Shown here piece after piece: positions 1-8,828 of a stretch of 64,000 nucleotides of DNA. The notes under the pieces are model-generated. The model saw only the letters and a list, made by a program, of their open reading frames with translations, did no database searches and was not told the DNA's origin. The position numbers and the translations under genes were made by a program. This DNA is from Dehalococcoidia bacterium (lineage in GTDB: Bacteria; Chloroflexota; Dehalococcoidia; Lucifugimonadales; UBA1127), in contig DAOUJQ010000013.1 in the NCBI GenBank assembly GCA_034422455.1, positions 98,110 to 162,109 of the forward strand, written 5' to 3'. Each line of letters opens with the position of its first letter. Within the stretch, counting starts at the first letter, position 1.

Positions 1-2
1 GC

Positions 3-1412
3 ATGCTGGACGACGCCCGAGAGGGCCGCTTCGACGTCATCGTCTGCTGGAAGTCCGACCGCCTGAGTCGGGGCATGTTCCCCGCCGCGGCCCTCATGGA
101 GGTAGTGGAGGCCTACCAGCTGCGCATCGAGTCGGTGATGGACGCCGTCGACATGAAGACGTTTGGGCTCATGGCCGCCATCGGGAAGATCGAGTTGGAC
201 AACTTCCGGGAGCGGGCCGCCATGGGGAAGCGGGGCGCCGCCAAGCGGGGGCGCATCGCCACCGGCCGCCCGCCCTACGGCTACCGGGTGGGCCCCGACG
301 GCAGGCCCACCGTCGACGAGAACGAGGCGGAGGTCGTCCGCCGCATCTTCCACGACTACGTGGAGCGGGGCCTCGGCATCGTGCGCATCGCTTGGGACCT
401 GACGGATGAGGGGGTGCCCACCGCCACCGGGGGGCGCACCTGGCACGAGTCGGTCGTGCACAACCTTCTGGGCAACCCCGTCTACACGGGCACCTGGGCC
501 TACGGGCGGACCCGCAACATCACCACCGACGAGGGGAAGCGGGTCTTCGCCCAACCGGCCGACACCTGGATCGGGGTGCCGGTGCCGCCCATCGTGGACG
601 AGGAGACCTTTGCGCAGGCCCAGGCGACCAAGCGGGCGCGACTCAGCCGGGCCAAGCGCAACACCAAGGTCCTCTACCTCCTTCAGCACCTGCTGCGATG
701 CGCCGAGTGCGGGCGCACGTTTCAGGCCCACTCCCGCTGGCACGCCAACTCAACCCGTCGTGGCCGTCGGGTCTCCTACGACCTGAAGGCTCCCCTCCGC
801 TACTACGCCTGCACGGGGAGCAAGCTGCGGCTCCGCTGCCGGGAGAAGCCCAGCATCAAGGCGGAGCGGCTGGAGGGTCGGGTCTGGGAGGAGGTGAAAG
901 CAGTCCTCCAAGAACCCGGCGTCATCATCGCGGGCATGGAGGCCGTGGGGCAGGGCAACCATGCGTCCCTGGCGGAGGAGCAGGCGAAGGCGGAGCGGGA
1001 CCTACGAGCAGTGCAGCGGGAGGAGGAACGGCTCGTCCGCCTCTATGTCGCCGGGAAGATCACCGAGGAGATGCTGGACCTCCAGCGCAAATTCATCACC
1101 GAGTGCCTGGAGCACCTGAGGGCCAAGGTGGACGACTACCGGGCCCGCGCCGCGACGGAGGTCACCCGCGAGCAGATGGTCGACAGCGTGCAGGCGTGGA
1201 CGGCGCGAGTGGGCGCCGGGCTGGACGCGCTGACCGAGGAGGAGAAGCGCGACGTCCTCCAAGACGTGGTGGACGAGATCACGGTGGACGGGCAGAATAA
1301 CCTCGTCATCACCGTCGCCATCCCCATCGACGGAGAAGAACAAATTATCTCACCGGTAAGCCGGTATCCAGAAACCCCGCGCCCAACGGCCTCCACATAC
1401 CCGGACCCATAA
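3..1412 (+). CDS. large serine recombinase (N-terminus cut by window edge)
   Basis: Resolvase-type catalytic-domain remnant (FDVIVCWKSDRLSRG), recombinase domain (PPYGYRVG, VVRRIFHDY), Cys-rich zinc-ribbon region (CAECGRTF..YYAC) and a long coiled-coil tail. The last ~20 codons (PVSRYPETPRPTA) are read out of an R3 intergenic repeat. Confidence 0.85.
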   Translation: MLDDAREGRFDVIVCWKSDRLSRGMFPAAALMEVVEAYQLRIESVMDAVDMKTFGLMAAIGKIELDNFRERAAMGKRGAAKRGRIATGRPPYGYRVGPDGRPTVDENEAEVVRRIFHDYVERGLGIVRIAWDLTDEGVPTATGGRTWHESVVHNLLGNPVYTGTWAYGRTRNITTDEGKRVFAQPADTWIGVPVPPIVDEETFAQAQATKRARLSRAKRNTKVLYLLQHLLRCAECGRTFQAHSRWHANSTRRGRRVSYDLKAPLRYYACTGSKLRLRCREKPSIKAERLEGRVWEEVKAVLQEPGVIIAGMEAVGQGNHASLAEEQAKAERDLRAVQREEERLVRLYVAGKITEEMLDLQRKFITECLEHLRAKVDDYRARAATEVTREQMVDSVQAWTARVGAGLDALTEEEKRDVLQDVVDEITVDGQNNLVITVAIPIDGEEQIISPVSRYPETPRPTASTYPDP

Positions 1413-1470
1413 CTCGTCGTTCCTGCGAAGGCAGGAACCCAGAGGGGCGGACGGGGGCGGGGCCGATTCG
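1353..1470 (+). repeat. repeat cluster I: R3 fragment (CCGGTATCCAGAAACCCCGCGCCCAAC) plus short R2 (GTCGTTCCTGCGAAGGCAGGAACCCAGAGGGGCGG)
   Basis: Same motifs recur at 2558, 2703, 3079, 26452, 26517, 37783, 47948, 48052 and 54493. R2 forms the hairpin TTCCTGC/GCAGGAA. Confidence 0.85.
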
Positions 1471-1537
1471 CGGATTTCGCCTCTGCCCGTGGAATGTGTC
1501 AATATAGACGCAGCGACTTGCCCCGGAGAGGAAACCC

Positions 1538-2515
1538 ATGCCCCTCCTTGAAGTCAACGACCTGCGCCTGGCCTACGTCACTGACCGCGGCCTGCTCTGG
1601 GCCGTGGACGGCACGTCCTTCGCGCTGGAGCCCGGCCAGGCCCTCGGCGTCGTCGGCGAGTCCGGCAGCGGCAAGAGCAGCCTCGCCCTCGCCCTCATGC
1701 GGCTGCTGCCCCGCAACGCCCACGGGCCGGAGGGCCGCGTCCTGATGGATGGCGTCGAGGTGCTCTCCCTCGGCGAGGAGGAGTTCCGCCGCCGGTTCCG
1801 CGGCAACGTCATCTCCATGGGTTTCCAGGGCGCGATGAACTCGCTGAACCCCGTCATGCGCGTCGGCCACCAGATCGCCGAGCCGCTCCTGCTGGACGGC
1901 GGGACGAGCAAGCAGGACGCCTACGCCAGGGTCCGCGACATGCTGGAGCGCGTCGGGCTGCCTGCCGCGGTCTTCGGCCGCTACCCCCACGAGCTCAGCG
2001 GCGGCATGAAGCAGCGCGTCGTCATCGCCATGGCCCTCGTACGCGACCCCGCGCTCGTCGTGCTCGACGAGCCCACCTCGGCGCTCGACGTGAGCGTGCA
2101 GGCGCAGATCATGAACCTGCTCAAGCAGTTGAAGCGGGAACTGGGCCTCTCCCTCATCTTCATCACCCACGACCTCGCCCTCGCCAGCGACGTCTGCGAC
2201 TACATCGCCGTCGTCTACGGCGGCTGCATCGTGGAGATGGGCGGCATCGAGGAGGTACTGCTCAACCCGTCGCACCCGTACACGGAGAAGCTGCTGGCCA
2301 GCGCGCCCAAGCTCCGCGCCGGCTCCCACCCCGAGTTCATCCCCGGGGCGCCGCCGGACCTGCTGGACCTGCCGCCCGGCTGCCGCTTCAGCCCCCGCTG
2401 CAGCCACGCGATGGACCGCTGCTTCACCGACGACCCTCCAGCCTTCAACCTCAGCCCCACGCACACTGCCCGCTGCTGGCTGCGGGAAGTCACGGACAAC
2501 GAGTCCGGAGCCTGA
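1538..2515 (+). CDS. ABC transporter ATP-binding protein, oligopeptide/dipeptide (OppD/DppD-like), orphan
   Basis: Walker A GESGSGKSS, signature LSGGMKQRV, Walker B VVLDEPTSALD, C-terminal Opp-type extension (NPSHPYTEKLL..GCRFSPRC). GGAGAGG lies upstream of the ATG. No permease or binding protein is adjacent. Confidence 0.85.
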   Translation: MPLLEVNDLRLAYVTDRGLLWAVDGTSFALEPGQALGVVGESGSGKSSLALALMRLLPRNAHGPEGRVLMDGVEVLSLGEEEFRRRFRGNVISMGFQGAMNSLNPVMRVGHQIAEPLLLDGGTSKQDAYARVRDMLERVGLPAAVFGRYPHELSGGMKQRVVIAMALVRDPALVVLDEPTSALDVSVQAQIMNLLKQLKRELGLSLIFITHDLALASDVCDYIAVVYGGCIVEMGGIEEVLLNPSHPYTEKLLASAPKLRAGSHPEFIPGAPPDLLDLPPGCRFSPRCSHAMDRCFTDDPPAFNLSPTHTARCWLREVTDNESGA

Positions 2516-3345
2516 CCCCCCGTTCGCCCTGAGCCTGTCGAAGGGCCTAGCTCCCACCGTCGTTCCTGCGCAGGCAGAGCCTGTCCCCGCGTAGGCGGGG
2601 AAACCCAGAGGTGCGGGGTCGGGTGGGGCACGCCCGCCTTGGATGTCTCCTCTTGCCGCCCGCACCCGCCGTTCGCCCTGAGCCTGTCGAAGGGCGCCCC
2701 TCCCCCAACCCCCCATACCGGCGCATGCCGGTATCCAGAAGCCTCGCGCCCAACGACGCCCGCGCACCCCCTGCCACCACCCCCTCGCGCGAACGCCGTC
2801 CCCCCGCTACCCTCGCCCCATGCACCGCCACCACAACCCCGGCGCCATTTCCCCCTCCCCTCTCGTGGGGAAGGGCCCCCTTTCCGATTGCCCTGAGCCT
2901 GTCGAAGGGTCCCGCGCAGGCGGGACCCCAGAGGGGCGGGGCGCACGCCGGCCGGGATTCGTTTCCCCTCGGTGAATATTTGTGTTGTATCTGCAACGTG
3001 CCAACTCCCCTACAAAACAAAAAGCAAGACGAATCCCGGCAGCTACGCCGGACGCGGGGCGCGCCCCAACCTCCCTCCCCCATACCGGCGCATGCCGGTA
3101 TCCAGAAACCCCGCGCCCAACCACCCTCTCCGATTGCCCTGAGCTTGTCGAAGGGTCCTGCGCAGGCAGAGCCTGCCCCTGCGTAGGCAGGGGAACCCAG
3201 AGGGGCGGGGTCTGGGTGGGGCCGTTCGCCCTGAGCCTGTCGAAGGGTCGCCCTGGGCCTGTCCTGAGGCTCTCGAAGGGCCTGTCGAAGGGTCGCCCTG
3301 ACACCGTCCCGTTGCCCCCAAGCTCCATCCGCTCGTACCCTGCCC
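2516..3345 (+). repeat. repeat hub II: nested R1, R2, R3 modules and composite-element copy A
   Basis: R1 core CCGTTCGCCCTGAGCCTGTCGAAGGG at 2519, 2668 and 3220 (variants at 2881 and 3128). Long R2 at 2558 and 3155. R3 (CATACCGGCGCATGCCGGTATCCAGAA) at 2703 and 3079. There is no regular spacing. Confidence 0.9.
2765..3055 (+). repeat. composite element (CE) copy A: GC-rich 5' module, then nested R1/R2, then AT-rich 3' hairpin module
   Basis: 5' module CACCCCCTGCCAC..CGCTACCCTCGCCCCATGCACCGCCACCA. 3' module CCGGGATTCGT(2952-2962)..TTGTATCTGCAACGTGCCAAC..ACGAATCCCGG(3029-3039)CAGCTAC. Homologous to the copies at 3294, 48229, 51443 and 58368. Confidence 0.8.
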
Positions 3346-3465
3346 TGGCAGGTTGAAACGGCACGGCAAAGCAGGGATCGTTTGTAAATTTTTTCGCTTT
3401 GTAGCTGAGATTTGCCAAATCAGCTATAAAGCGAATCGCAAATCAATTCCTCTCGGCTACGCGCT
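3294..3465 (+). repeat. composite element copy D
   Basis: CGCCCTGACAC..CGCTCGTACCCTGCCC 5' module. 3' module has a 12-bp hairpin CTTTGTAGCTGA(3397-3408)/TCAGCTATAAAG(3420-3431) including one G-T (G-U) pair, with loop GATTTGCCAAA. A truncated GGGAATTGTT restart lies at 3468. Confidence 0.7.
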
Positions 3466-3575
3466 TTGGGAATTGTTTTGGACGGTCAATAGCCTCCGCC
3501 AATGGCGGAGCCCTTGAGGAGAGTAGGGCAGCAATGATGTGGGACGCGCCGCAAGCCGGGACGGGGCAGAGACTG

Positions 3576-4088
3576 CTACAGCGTCATCACCGCTTCCAGC
3601 CGGTAGCCCCGCAGCCGTTCTCTGCCGCCGAGCGCGCCCAGCTCCACCAGCAGCGACAGCCCCGCGACCTGTGCGCCGGCGCCCTCCACCATGCGGATGG
3701 CCGCGGCCAGCGTGCCCCCCGTCGCCAGCACGTCGTCGACGATGAGCACCCGCTGCCCCGGTTCCAGCCCGTCGCGGTGCATCTCGATCGTGTCGGAGCC
3801 GTATTCGAGGTCGTAGTCGACGCTCACGGTTTCGTAGGGCAGCTTGCCCGGCTTCCGCGCCGGCACGAACCCCGCGCCGAGCCGCAGCGCCACCGGCGTG
3901 CCCAGCAGGTACCCGCGCGCCTCCACGGCCAGCACCGCGTCGATGCCCGCGTCCGTCCACGGCGCCGCCATCGCGTCCACTGCCGCCGACAGCCCGGTGG
4001 CGTCCTTCAGCAAGGGGGTGATGTCCTTGAACATGATGCCCGGCTGCGGGAAGTCCGGGATGTCCCGGATGAGCTGCTTAAGGTCCAT
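3576..4088 (-). CDS. apt: adenine phosphoribosyltransferase
   Basis: [27 protein letters not shown] and PRPP-binding motif [13 protein letters not shown]. Start trimmed to ATG 4088 from the longer track ORF. Confidence 0.9.
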   Translation of the reverse strand: MDLKQLIRDIPDFPQPGIMFKDITPLLKDATGLSAAVDAMAAPWTDAGIDAVLAVEARGYLLGTPVALRLGAGFVPARKPGKLPYETVSVDYDLEYGSDTIEMHRDGLEPGQRVLIVDDVLATGGTLAAAIRMVEGAGAQVAGLSLLVELGALGGRERLRGYRLEAVMTL

Positions 4089-5109
4089 CGGCGGCTCCCT
4101 GGTCGGACGACGGTTGCCCGGCGCTCGCGCCGCCGTTCCCGCTATGGGCGGTGAACAGGTGGCACGCGACAAATCGCCCCGGCCGCGCCTCCGTCAGCTC
4201 CGGCTCCACCACGTCGCACACGCCGGCCATGAACTCCGGGCACCGGGGGTGGAAGCGGCAGCCCGTCGGCACGTTGACCGGGTTGGGCGGGTCGCCGGGA
4301 ACGGTGGGCCGGTCGCGCAGACGGTTTGCCGGGTCCGCCTCCGGCACCGCCGCGATGAGCGCGACGGTGTACGGGTGCAGCGGCTCGCCCAGCACCTCGG
4401 CGGGCGACCCTTGCTCCGCGACCCTGCCCAGGTACATGACGGCAATGCGGTCGGAGAAGTACCTTGCCGTGGCGATGTCATGCGTTATGTAAATAAATGC
4501 GATGCCAAGCCGCTCCTGCAGCTCCCGCATCAGGTACAGGATCTCCGTGCGGCTGGACGCGTCGATCATGGAGACCGGCTCGTCCGCCAGGATGTACTCC
4601 GGCTGCATGATCAGCGCCCTCGCGATGCCCACCCGCTGACGCTGCCCGCCGGACAGCATGTGCGGGAACTTGCTGGCGAACTCTCCCGCGGGCGCAAGCC
4701 GCACCTCCTCCAGCGCGTGCCGGATGCGGTCCGCCTTGTCCTCGATGCCGTGGATCAGCAGCGGCTCCTCCAGTACCTGCCGGACGTCCATGAACGGGTC
4801 GATGCTGGAGTACGGGTCCTGGAAGACGGCCTGCGCCCGGCGGCGGAACCACCGCAGCTTGCCCTCCCCCGTGTGCGTGATGTCCTCGCCGTCGAACACC
4901 ACGGAGCCCTCCGTTATCGGCGCCAGCCGCAGCGACGCCCGTCCCAGCGTCGTCTTGCCGCTGCCGGAGTCGCCCACCACGGACACCGTCTCGCCGCGCT
5001 CCAGCGCAAGCGACACGCCGTCGACCGCATGCACCGTCTCCGACCGGAAGAGCATCTTCCGGGCTGAGAAGTGCACCTTCACGCCATCCATGACCAGAAG
5101 CGGCGGCAA
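4078..5109 (-). CDS. ABC transporter ATP-binding protein, oligopeptide/dipeptide (OppF/DppF-like), orphan
   Basis: Walker [31 protein letters not shown]-terminal [16 protein letters not shown] start at 5109 (ATG alternative at 5091). 11-nt overlap with apt. Confidence 0.85.
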   Translation of the reverse strand: MPPLLVMDGVKVHFSARKMLFRSETVHAVDGVSLALERGETVSVVGDSGSGKTTLGRASLRLAPITEGSVVFDGEDITHTGEGKLRWFRRRAQAVFQDPYSSIDPFMDVRQVLEEPLLIHGIEDKADRIRHALEEVRLAPAGEFASKFPHMLSGGQRQRVGIARALIMQPEYILADEPVSMIDASSRTEILYLMRELQERLGIAFIYITHDIATARYFSDRIAVMYLGRVAEQGSPAEVLGEPLHPYTVALIAAVPEADPANRLRDRPTVPGDPPNPVNVPTGCRFHPRCPEFMAGVCDVVEPELTEARPGRFVACHLFTAHSGNGGASAGQPSSDQGAADGP

Positions 5110-5312
5110 AGCTAACGAATCCTCTCTTGCATACGTTTCCGGTATATGGGGTCGGCGCGCGCGGCCCCTCCGGCCCGCTCATTGTACGCCAATGTCGCCC
5201 GCGGCAACCCGCCATCGCCGGACGAGACACGCCGGGGCGCGGTCCGGCGTTGCTGCAATGGCTGCCCGCAACATCGGGTGCTACAATGTTCCCAAGCACT
5301 GGGAGGACACGC

Positions 5313-6320
5313 ATGCAGAAGGTTTGGGTTCGGACCCTGGTTGTGTTGATAATGGCCGCCCTCTTTGCAGGCGGTCTCGTGCTCGGATTGTCCGTGAACG
5401 AGCCGGATAATGCCGCGCTCCGCGCCGAGACGGAGGAGCAGCAAAGGGAGTTGACCAGCCTGCAATCACGCCTCACCGATCAGGACGGTCAGATTACGGA
5501 CCTGCGCACGCAGCTTGCTGATGCGAATGCCGAGCGTTCCGGCTTGACCGTGTCGCTGGAAGCCTCCCGCTCGACGGCAAGGGACCTCGAGCAGGATGCC
5601 GCCCACATGTCGTCCGAACTCGGCAGCATCAGGACGCAGTTGGACCGGTCGGAGTCCGCGCTGAGTGGGACGGAGGACAGGAACCGCAAGCTCCAATTGG
5701 AGCTGCTGCAAGTCAGGGAATTGCAGACTGATCTGAACCAGGCGTTTGATCTGCTCTCCGAGCTGGAGGAGCTGACCAACACCGAGTTCGGGCCCAACCA
5801 CGGCGACGCCCTTCTGCTGGTGGAGGAGGGATACCTGGCCGCCAACAACAGGAACCTGAAGGAAGCCGCCGCGTTTTTCGAGGAGTCCAGCAAGGCCTTT
5901 GAGCTTGCCAGGGCCAACGCGGAAGAGGTCACCACCAAGAGCGAGGAGATTGCTTCCCTGGTCCCCGAAGAGGCGAACCAGACCTTCATCACCAGCCACC
6001 GGAACGCGCGCTCCACCGTCTTTGCCATGGAGGCGCAGGCCCGCAACTATGAGGCCGCCGGCCACCTGTACACCATCCTCGAAGAGTGGACGGAGACAGA
6101 CTCGCCCACCGCGCGCGACAAGACCCGGTGGCGCGAGCTGGCGGACAAGGCCGAGGACCAGTTCGAGATGGCGATGAGCGCGCTGGACGGGGCCGACACC
6201 TGGAGTCCCGGCCTCTGGCGGCGCACCGAGGCCCTGCGCCTCAACGTGCGCGACTGGCGCAATCTGTTGGTCGGCATCCGGATCAATATCATCGATGCGC
6301 CGGAGCGCAGGGGCAGCTAG
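5313..6320 (+). CDS. hypothetical membrane-anchored coiled-coil protein
   Basis: GGGAGGA lies 5 nt before ATG 5313. One N-terminal hydrophobic helix (VRTLVVLIMAALFAGGLVLGL), then ~300 aa rich in E/Q/L/R. No family recognised. Confidence 0.5.
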   Translation: MQKVWVRTLVVLIMAALFAGGLVLGLSVNEPDNAALRAETEEQQRELTSLQSRLTDQDGQITDLRTQLADANAERSGLTVSLEASRSTARDLEQDAAHMSSELGSIRTQLDRSESALSGTEDRNRKLQLELLQVRELQTDLNQAFDLLSELEELTNTEFGPNHGDALLLVEEGYLAANNRNLKEAAAFFEESSKAFELARANAEEVTTKSEEIASLVPEEANQTFITSHRNARSTVFAMEAQARNYEAAGHLYTILEEWTETDSPTARDKTRWRELADKAEDQFEMAMSALDGADTWSPGLWRRTEALRLNVRDWRNLLVGIRINIIDAPERRGS

Positions 6321-7033
6321 CTTTGCAGGGCGGGTGAGTTGAGCATCGCCCGCGTCTGATCCGCTTCCGCCCACTCGGCGCGCAGCCCCAGCCGGCGGGC
6401 CAGCGCGTCCGCCACTGTGGCCCGCACCTGCGAGCCGTCGACCTGCCGGCCGAGCTCCCGCTCCATCGACGTCACGGGCAGGCCGGGCACGCCGCACGGC
6501 ACGATGTGCCGGAAATAGCCGGTGTCCGTGCTGACGTTCAGCGCAAACCCGTGGCTGCTGGTCCCCCGGCTGACCCGAAGCCCAATCGCCGCCAGCTTGC
6601 GCTCGTTCGGCGGCTCGCCCGTCCAGATCCCCGGCATGACGTCCGAGTGGTGGGCGTCCAGCCCGAAGACCGCCAGCGCCTCGGCCAGCGCCGCTTCCAG
6701 CGCCCTTACGTAGCGCACCGGCCCGCCGATGCGGCGCACGTCCAGGATCGGGTACCCCACGAGCTGCCCGGGACCGTGGTAGGTGACCTCCCCGCCGCGG
6801 TCGACGGCGTACACCGCGATCCCCTCCCGGGCCAGCGTCTCATCGTCCAGCAGCACGTCTTCACGCCGCCCGCGACGACCCAGCGTGTACACGTGCGGAT
6901 GCTCCAGCAGCAGCACCGTGTCCCCGATGCGCCCCTTCTGGCGTTCTGCCACGAGGCTCTTTTGCAGCGCCCACGCCGCGCTGTACTCTGTCTCTCCGAG
7001 CCAGTGAAAGACGGCTGTTGCCCGGTCGCTCAT
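6317..7033 (-). CDS. lipB: lipoyl(octanoyl) transferase
   Basis: LLLEHPHVYTLGRRG, VTYHGPGQLVGYPI, KLAAIGLRVSRG..HGFALNV, typical of LipB. Confidence 0.9.
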   Translation of the reverse strand: MSDRATAVFHWLGETEYSAAWALQKSLVAERQKGRIGDTVLLLEHPHVYTLGRRGRREDVLLDDETLAREGIAVYAVDRGGEVTYHGPGQLVGYPILDVRRIGGPVRYVRALEAALAEALAVFGLDAHHSDVMPGIWTGEPPNERKLAAIGLRVSRGTSSHGFALNVSTDTGYFRHIVPCGVPGLPVTSMERELGRQVDGSQVRATVADALARRLGLRAEWAEADQTRAMLNSPALQS

Positions 7034-7105
7034 GGGGCCATTATCGGCAGGGAATGTGGCGCGCGCCAGCGGTGTTGATTCGCTACAATGAAGCGGGAGG
7101 CAGCA

Positions 7106-7576
7106 ATGGCAGAAAGACGGTATTGGCTGTTCAAGTCAGAGCCCAACGCCTACTCCTACGCCGACCTGCAGAACGACGGCGTGGCCGAGTGGGACGGCGT
7201 CCGCAACTACCAGGCCCGCAATTTCCTCCGGGACTCCATCAAGGAGGGCGACGGCATCCTCTTCTACCACAGCAGCACCTCGCCCATGGCCGTCGTCGGC
7301 ACGGCCGTAGTCGTCCGCGACGGCTACCCGGACTCGACCGCGTGGGACCCCGACTCCGCGCACCCGGACCCGCAGAGCACGCCGGAAACCCCCCGCTGGT
7401 ACATGGTGGACATCAAGGCAGACCGCGAATTCGAGTCGCAGGTAACCCTGGAAGCCATCAAGAACACCCCGGGGCTGGAGAAGATGATGGTCGCCCAGCG
7501 CGGCTCCCGTTTGTCCATCCAGCCGGTGACGCCTGAGGAGTGGGACATCGTCACAAAACTGGGCGGGCTCGGGTAG
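7106..7576 (+). CDS. EVE (PUA-like) domain protein
   Basis: RYWLFKSEPNAYSY..WDGVRNYQARNFLRDSIKEGDGILFYHS. GGGAGG lies 5 nt before ATG 7106. Confidence 0.8.
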   Translation: MAERRYWLFKSEPNAYSYADLQNDGVAEWDGVRNYQARNFLRDSIKEGDGILFYHSSTSPMAVVGTAVVVRDGYPDSTAWDPDSAHPDPQSTPETPRWYMVDIKADREFESQVTLEAIKNTPGLEKMMVAQRGSRLSIQPVTPEEWDIVTKLGGLG

Positions 7577-7581
7577 GCGCC

Positions 7582-8433
7582 ATGCGGATCGGCGCGCACG
7601 TATCGTCCGCCGGCGGCATCAGCAGGGCCGTCGACCGCGCCGTGGAGATCGGCGCGGAGACCATCCAGGTCTTCTGCTCTCCGCCGCAGGGTTGGGCGTA
7701 CAAGCCCCCTCCGGAAGATGAGGTCATCGCGTTCCGGCAGAAGTCGGAGGAGACGGGCATCGGCCCGGCCTTCCTGCACGGCATCTACCTCATGAATTTC
7801 GGCAGCCCGGACCCGGAGCTGATCGCCAAGTCGAAGGCTGCTCTTTCCAACTACATGGAGTGCGCAGCGCAGATCGGCGCCACGGGCGTCATCTTCCATA
7901 GCGGCAGCCACAAGGGCCAGGGGTTCGAGGCCGTCCTTCCCCAGACCGTCGCCGCCCTGCGAGAGGTGCTGGCCGCCGCCCCTGAGGGGCCGCTGCTGCT
8001 CATCGAAAACTGCGCCGGAATGGGCAACCACATCGGTGCGTCCTTCACGGAAATCGGGCGCATCATGGACGGCATCGACAGCTCGCGCGTCAAGGTTTGC
8101 CTGGATACCCAGCACTCCTTTGCCGCCGGTTACGACGTCTCGCAACCGGAAACCCTAGACGCGGCGCTTGCGGAGTTCGACTCGGCAATTGGGTTGCACA
8201 ATCTCGTCGCCGTGCACGCCAATGACGCCAAGACCCCCTTTGCCTCGGGCGTCGACCGCCACGCGAACATCGGCGAGGGCTACATCGGCGACGCCGGGTT
8301 CGCCGTCATTCTCGCCCACCCGGCGTTCCACGACGTTCCCTTCCTGCTCGAGGTCCCGGGTGAGGGCAACGGGCCGGACCGCGCACAGCTTGACCACGTC
8401 AAGGCCTTGCGGGACGGGGCGGGGGCCGCGTGA
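7582..8433 (+). CDS. nfo: deoxyribonuclease IV (endonuclease IV)
   Basis: MRIGAHVS start, FHSGSH, LIENCAG, CLDTQHSFAAGYD, VHANDAK..DRH, metal-ligand pattern of the Nfo family. Confidence 0.9.
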   Translation: MRIGAHVSSAGGISRAVDRAVEIGAETIQVFCSPPQGWAYKPPPEDEVIAFRQKSEETGIGPAFLHGIYLMNFGSPDPELIAKSKAALSNYMECAAQIGATGVIFHSGSHKGQGFEAVLPQTVAALREVLAAAPEGPLLLIENCAGMGNHIGASFTEIGRIMDGIDSSRVKVCLDTQHSFAAGYDVSQPETLDAALAEFDSAIGLHNLVAVHANDAKTPFASGVDRHANIGEGYIGDAGFAVILAHPAFHDVPFLLEVPGEGNGPDRAQLDHVKALRDGAGAA

Positions 8434-8810
8434 TGGCCGTCAGGCTCACGACGACCCAGTTCGAGCGACTCGTCGCAGACGCCTTGGAGGGACTGCCGCA
8501 GGAAGTCCACGACATCCTGGACAACGTCGAGGTCATGACGCAGCACTGGCCGTCGGCGGAACAGATGGAGGACACCGGGACGGAGCACGACTACGGCCTG
8601 CTGGGCCTGTACGAGGGCATACCGCTCATCGACCGCGGCCACTACAACTGGGCGCTGCCGGACCGCGTGACGCTGTTCCAGCGGCCGCTGGAGGCCGTCT
8701 GCGACACCCACGACGAGCTTGAGCGCCAGGTGCAGATCACCGTGGTGCATGAGCTGGCGCACCACGTGGGCTGGGACGACGAGGATATCCACCGAATGGG
8801 CTTCGGCTAG
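8430..8810 (+). CDS. small zinc metallopeptidase-family protein
   Basis: C-terminal VVHELAHHVGWDDEDI (HExxH). Start GTG 8430 or ATG 8433, overlapping the nfo stop. Confidence 0.7.
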   Translation: MMAVRLTTTQFERLVADALEGLPQEVHDILDNVEVMTQHWPSAEQMEDTGTEHDYGLLGLYEGIPLIDRGHYNWALPDRVTLFQRPLEAVCDTHDELERQVQITVVHELAHHVGWDDEDIHRMGFG

Positions 8811-8828
8811 CCCCGCCGCTCCTGCTCG

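Noticed and set aside
2516-3345. Possible CRISPR array because of dense short repeats
   Set aside because: Several different repeat families are interleaved with irregular spacing. The copies are imperfect and strongly hairpin-forming, there are no unique spacers of uniform length, and no cas genes are present in the window.
1499-3418. Several 100-420-aa ORFs on both strands across the repeat hub (for example 1499..2767, 2215..2946, 2807..3418, 2611..3186)
   Set aside because: Their sequences are translations of the repeats. PFALSLSKG, FDRLRANG, IPAKAGIQ-like and RYPETPRPT peptides recur wherever the repeats recur, at 26056.., 37466.., 46844.. and 48285... They have no SD and no coding periodicity.
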